Shown piece by piece: positions 60,913 to 64,000 of a stretch of DNA of 64,000 bases. The notes beneath the pieces are model-generated. The model had not been told where the DNA came from and did no database searches. It saw only the letters and a program-made list of their open reading frames with translations. Made by a program: the position numbers and the translations under genes. Each line of letters starts with the position of its first letter. Within the stretch, counting starts at the first letter, position 1. This DNA is from Bacteroidota bacterium (lineage in GTDB: Bacteria; Bacteroidota; Bacteroidia; Bacteroidales; JAGNHN01). The stretch lies in NCBI GenBank assembly GCA_022710185.1, contig JAKLHK010000005.1, forward strand, positions 65,682 through 129,681, written 5' to 3'.

Positions 60913-63900
60913 CTAACGAAGCAGCGTCACGGAACCCTGACGTGTATGGTTCAGGTCTTCTTCCAGAAAGAAGGAATAATCCACGGTATAGAAATAAGTA
61001 CCTTCGGGGCAGTCCCTTCCCTCGCAGCGCCCGTCCCAGCCCAGGCGGGTGTCGTCGGTCTGGAAAACCAGCCCGCCCCAGCGGTTGAATATCAGCATAC
61101 GGAACAGCACCACATTGCGGGTCTCCGGAAGGAATACATCGTTGATGCCATCCCCATTGGGTGTGAACACATTGCCGAGATGGATTTCCGGAGGGCAGGA
61201 TGCAATGGAAAGGGTATCGCTGGCAAAGCAGGTCGCCGACTTCACCTGTACCCAATACATTCCCTGCCATTCAACATTCAGCACAGGCGCCGTAGATCCG
61301 TCCTGCCAGAGGTAGGATTCGAAGCTTCCCGGATCGAGCCGCAGGCTCCCATCGTAGGTGATGCAGGTATCGGTCCCCAGTCCTGGTTGGGGCAGAGGGT
61401 CCTCCCGGACAAAGGCGTTGAACCTGATGCTGACGCAACCGTTGCTGTCGGTGACCACCAGCCAGATGCTGTCGCCCTGGTCCAGGGTGACCCAGGGGGT
61501 TGTGGCGCCTGTCGACCAGGCATATTCCATAAACCCGGGTTTAGCCACTATGGTGAGCGTGGTATCCTCACAGAAAGCCGTATCGGAAAGCTGCGCATCA
61601 GGGACCGGGGGTTCAATGACTTCCACCGAGTCGATGCCCCAGCAGATGCTGTCGGTCACAGTCACCGTGTACCACCCGGCGCTCAGGCTGTTGACATCCT
61701 CAGTGGTATCTCCAGTAGACCATTGAAACGCGTACTGTCCGGGATCACCCTGAACGCTGAGGTCGACCGCTCCATCGGAATAGGCATTGCAGGTAGTGGG
61801 GGTGGGGGTGAAATCCAAACCCAGGCGGCAGTACACCTGGATGGAATCACTGACCATACAGTTGGAATCGTAGCTTACGCTCACATAATAGACCCCCGGG
61901 GTGCTGACGGTCAGGGTGCTGCCGGTACTGCCATCGCCCCAGAGATAGGTGGTACCAGGCCCTCCGTTGAAGTTCAGGGTGTTCAGTACCAGGGGGGTTC
62001 CCTTGATGAGGAAGGTATCTTCGGGAAAGCCGTATACATAGGATGGGGCATTGTTGAAGACCCAGCCACTGTTGTTCTTGATGTCGGAGCTGTTCACCCC
62101 GGCATAGAAGGAAGCCCCGCCGCTGGCCAGGATGTCGCGCATGTGGATGAAATCGCCTGTGATGACCCCTGTGTCCTTGATCACTTCTGCCTGGTCGCCG
62201 TAGGTGGTGGATTCGAGGCGGACAGGGAAGCAGTTGTTCCCCCGTATCCACCAGTATTCGCCTATGGTCTGCGGCAGGCTGGCATCCAGCTGGTAGGTAT
62301 GGTCGGGAAAGAAGGTCAGGGAATCGAAGGTGTTCTTGCCGAAGATCCTGGCTCCGTTATGCAGGATCACATGATTGAAGCGGCACTCTATCTGGTTGGA
62401 ACGGATGAGCGAACTGCCGCTGGAATTGGCGAACACCACGTTATGGTATTCCAGGTTGCTGCCGGTTTTATTCTCCATTCCGGTAGCCTGGGAAAAGATG
62501 ATGGTAGATGTCCCCGGCAGTATGCTCATATTGGTACCATCTACCACCCAGGAAATCATCTGAGCCGAATTTAACTGGAGGGTGGACGACCCCAGGTCAA
62601 GCACCCGTGGATTCTCAAAGTCAGAACGATAGGCCGATGCCGAGACAAAATGTCCCTGGGTGTTCAGCCTTCCTTTGGCATGATAGATCTCGGCATAGCA
62701 GTGAAAATCGTCCGTCAGGTCCCAGGAACCGTTGCCCTGGAAGAAGACCGGACGTAGAAAGGGCTGACTTGCGGTATGGATGGTGTTTCCCGGTGCATCC
62801 GAGGCGAAATACCAATAGGCGTTCAGCATGTTCAGCATGCTGTCGGTGAGGTTCAGGCTGCCAAACAAGGAAAGAGACCAGGTCCCCATCAGGAGGGGGT
62901 TCCCTTTGGCGCCCGACCAGTCCATGCTCCTGCATTCAGCCAGCAGGTCTATGGTTACCGTGTCCTGTCCGGGAAGGAAGGAACTCGCATCGAAATAGAC
63001 GTCGTCCCTGCGGGTAGGAATACAGGCACCCCCCGGGCCTCCGCTGCTGTATGACCAATGGCTGGAATCGCTCCAGTTCCCGGACCCTCCTACCCAATAA
63101 TGATCGGTAGATGGGGGGTTGATGATGGTCCAGTTGAGGTTATCTCCATCGTCCAGGGAGTTGAGCGCCTCGAAGACAGCGCCACCGCCGGCCTTGATGC
63201 CCCTGAGGCGCACAAAATCCAGGCGCAGGGTGTCACTGGTCTTCGAAAAGGCTGTTTGCTTGTTGTTGTCGATACAAAGGATGCGGATATAATTGAAGCA
63301 GTCGCCTGCTGCATCCAGGTGCTGAAAATGCTGGGTCTGGTCCTCCTCGATGTAATAGTTCTTTCCTGAAGAAAAATACAGGGTGTCATAAATATTCTCC
63401 CCCGCGATGGACGCAGAAGAGAGGAAACGGACCTCGTTGAACACCGCGATGCACTGCTCGGTGATCAAGAGGGGGAAGGCGTTCTGAGAGGTGAAGCTCA
63501 GGTTGTGGTATATCACGGTATCCCCATCGAAATTGAGCATTACCCCGCTGGTATCGAAAATGATGTGCGAGGAGTCGGCCCACAGGCTCAGAGAGTCGGT
63601 GCACATGGTCCAGCCCAGCAATCCGATATGGCAGACCGAGGCGCGCATGTCGAGCGCACGGGTGAGGTTGCGTGTGGACCGCAGACCGGGAAGTTCGAGG
63701 TAACGGTTCCGGGTCACCAACCTGCCCTGCCTCAGGTCGAGGGCGCAGTCTTCACACTTCATGAACAGGGAATCCATCAGTGTCCAACCCCCCTGCGGAT
63801 GCTGGAAAAGAAGGGTATTGAGCAGTACCCTGCCCCGGGTAGTCAGTGTTTTTCCAGTCGTATCGGCCAGAAAGGAGATGACCCCCCGGTAATTGTATTG

Positions 63901-63996
63901 CATGGAATCGCTCAGCAGCATGGATCCATAGATGCGCCAGGTGGCGCTGTCCTCACCGGTGAAGAAGGGCTGGCTGTTGGAATGGATCCAGCTCAC
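60913..63996 (-). CDS. Large surface protein with an SprB-type repeat and a T9SS type-B C-terminal sorting domain (N-terminus outside the window)
   Basis: The C-terminus (FTPNGDGINDVF ... FNRWGGLVF ... GTYFYTV) matches the gliding-motility-associated CTD, and a CNAYSDGAVDLSVQG...WYTVTVTD repeat is present. The ORF runs to the window edge, so it is 5-prime truncated. Confidence 0.8.
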   Translation of the reverse strand: MSWIHSNSQPFFTGEDSATWRIYGSMLLSDSMQYNYRGVISFLADTTGKTLTTRGRVLLNTLLFQHPQGGWTLMDSLFMKCEDCALDLRQGRLVTRNRYLELPGLRSTRNLTRALDMRASVCHIGLLGWTMCTDSLSLWADSSHIIFDTSGVMLNFDGDTVIYHNLSFTSQNAFPLLITEQCIAVFNEVRFLSSASIAGENIYDTLYFSSGKNYYIEEDQTQHFQHLDAAGDCFNYIRILCIDNNKQTAFSKTSDTLRLDFVRLRGIKAGGGAVFEALNSLDDGDNLNWTIINPPSTDHYWVGGSGNWSDSSHWSYSSGGPGGACIPTRRDDVYFDASSFLPGQDTVTIDLLAECRSMDWSGAKGNPLLMGTWSLSLFGSLNLTDSMLNMLNAYWYFASDAPGNTIHTASQPFLRPVFFQGNGSWDLTDDFHCYAEIYHAKGRLNTQGHFVSASAYRSDFENPRVLDLGSSTLQLNSAQMISWVVDGTNMSILPGTSTIIFSQATGMENKTGSNLEYHNVVFANSSGSSLIRSNQIECRFNHVILHNGARIFGKNTFDSLTFFPDHTYQLDASLPQTIGEYWWIRGNNCFPVRLESTTYGDQAEVIKDTGVITGDFIHMRDILASGGASFYAGVNSSDIKNNSGWVFNNAPSYVYGFPEDTFLIKGTPLVLNTLNFNGGPGTTYLWGDGSTGSTLTVSTPGVYYVSVSYDSNCMVSDSIQVYCRLGLDFTPTPTTCNAYSDGAVDLSVQGDPGQYAFQWSTGDTTEDVNSLSAGWYTVTVTDSICWGIDSVEVIEPPVPDAQLSDTAFCEDTTLTIVAKPGFMEYAWSTGATTPWVTLDQGDSIWLVVTDSNGCVSIRFNAFVREDPLPQPGLGTDTCITYDGSLRLDPGSFESYLWQDGSTAPVLNVEWQGMYWVQVKSATCFASDTLSIASCPPEIHLGNVFTPNGDGINDVFLPETRNVVLFRMLIFNRWGGLVFQTDDTRLGWDGRCEGRDCPEGTYFYTVDYSFFLEEDLNHTRQGSVTLLR

Positions 63997-64000
63997 ATCC

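Noticed and set aside
60946-62574. 542-aa plus-strand ORF
   Set aside because: It is antisense to the T9SS cargo gene, which carries a diagnostic C-terminal sorting domain. The translation has no motifs.

Overview
This 64-kb window comes from a high-GC chromosome that looks like Bacteroidota. The evidence for that is a T9SS type-B sorting domain with SprB-type repeats, TAnnTTTG promoter-like motifs, and a dcw cluster lacking murF and ddl. Left part (0.1-20.6 kb): an acyl-CoA carboxyltransferase with a biotin carrier, engB, an N-acyl amino-acid lipid gene pair, then a complete dcw cluster (mraZ-rsmH-ftsL-ftsI-murE-mraY-murD-ftsW-murG-murC-ftsQ-ftsA-ftsZ) and yqeY. Middle (20.6-27.6 kb): a structured, repeat-bearing intergenic region, then rsgA, secA, a DUF2795 gene and a membrane-TPR protein. 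Main finding (27.6-38.2 kb): a strongly AT-rich island. A single 60-nt line counts 17/60 G+C inside it versus 38/60 in the core genome. I saw no integrase, transposase or tRNA in it. It encodes a GHKL ATPase fused to an HExxH peptidase motif (484 aa), a 1668-aa sacsin/NOV-like GHKL protein, a translationally coupled Upf1-like SF1 helicase (589 aa) and a small secreted protein. Conserved direct repeats and two long-helix RNA-like elements sit between these genes. I read the first three genes as a candidate, apparently unnamed, nucleic-acid conflict (anti-phage) system. Right part (38.2-64 kb): PduO-type adenosyltransferase, an ABC ATPase, a UbiA prenyltransferase, and a methyltransferase / PqqD-like / nucleotidyltransferase / ABC exporter / HprK-like-GT2-GT2 cluster. 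After that comes a polysaccharide locus (carbamoyltransferase with SxtJ/SxtK-like partners, SGNH hydrolases, an O-antigen ligase-TPR fusion, GT2/GT4 genes and a priming phosphoglycosyltransferase) and a truncated T9SS surface protein. All functional calls rest on motifs read by eye from the translations; no database search was run.
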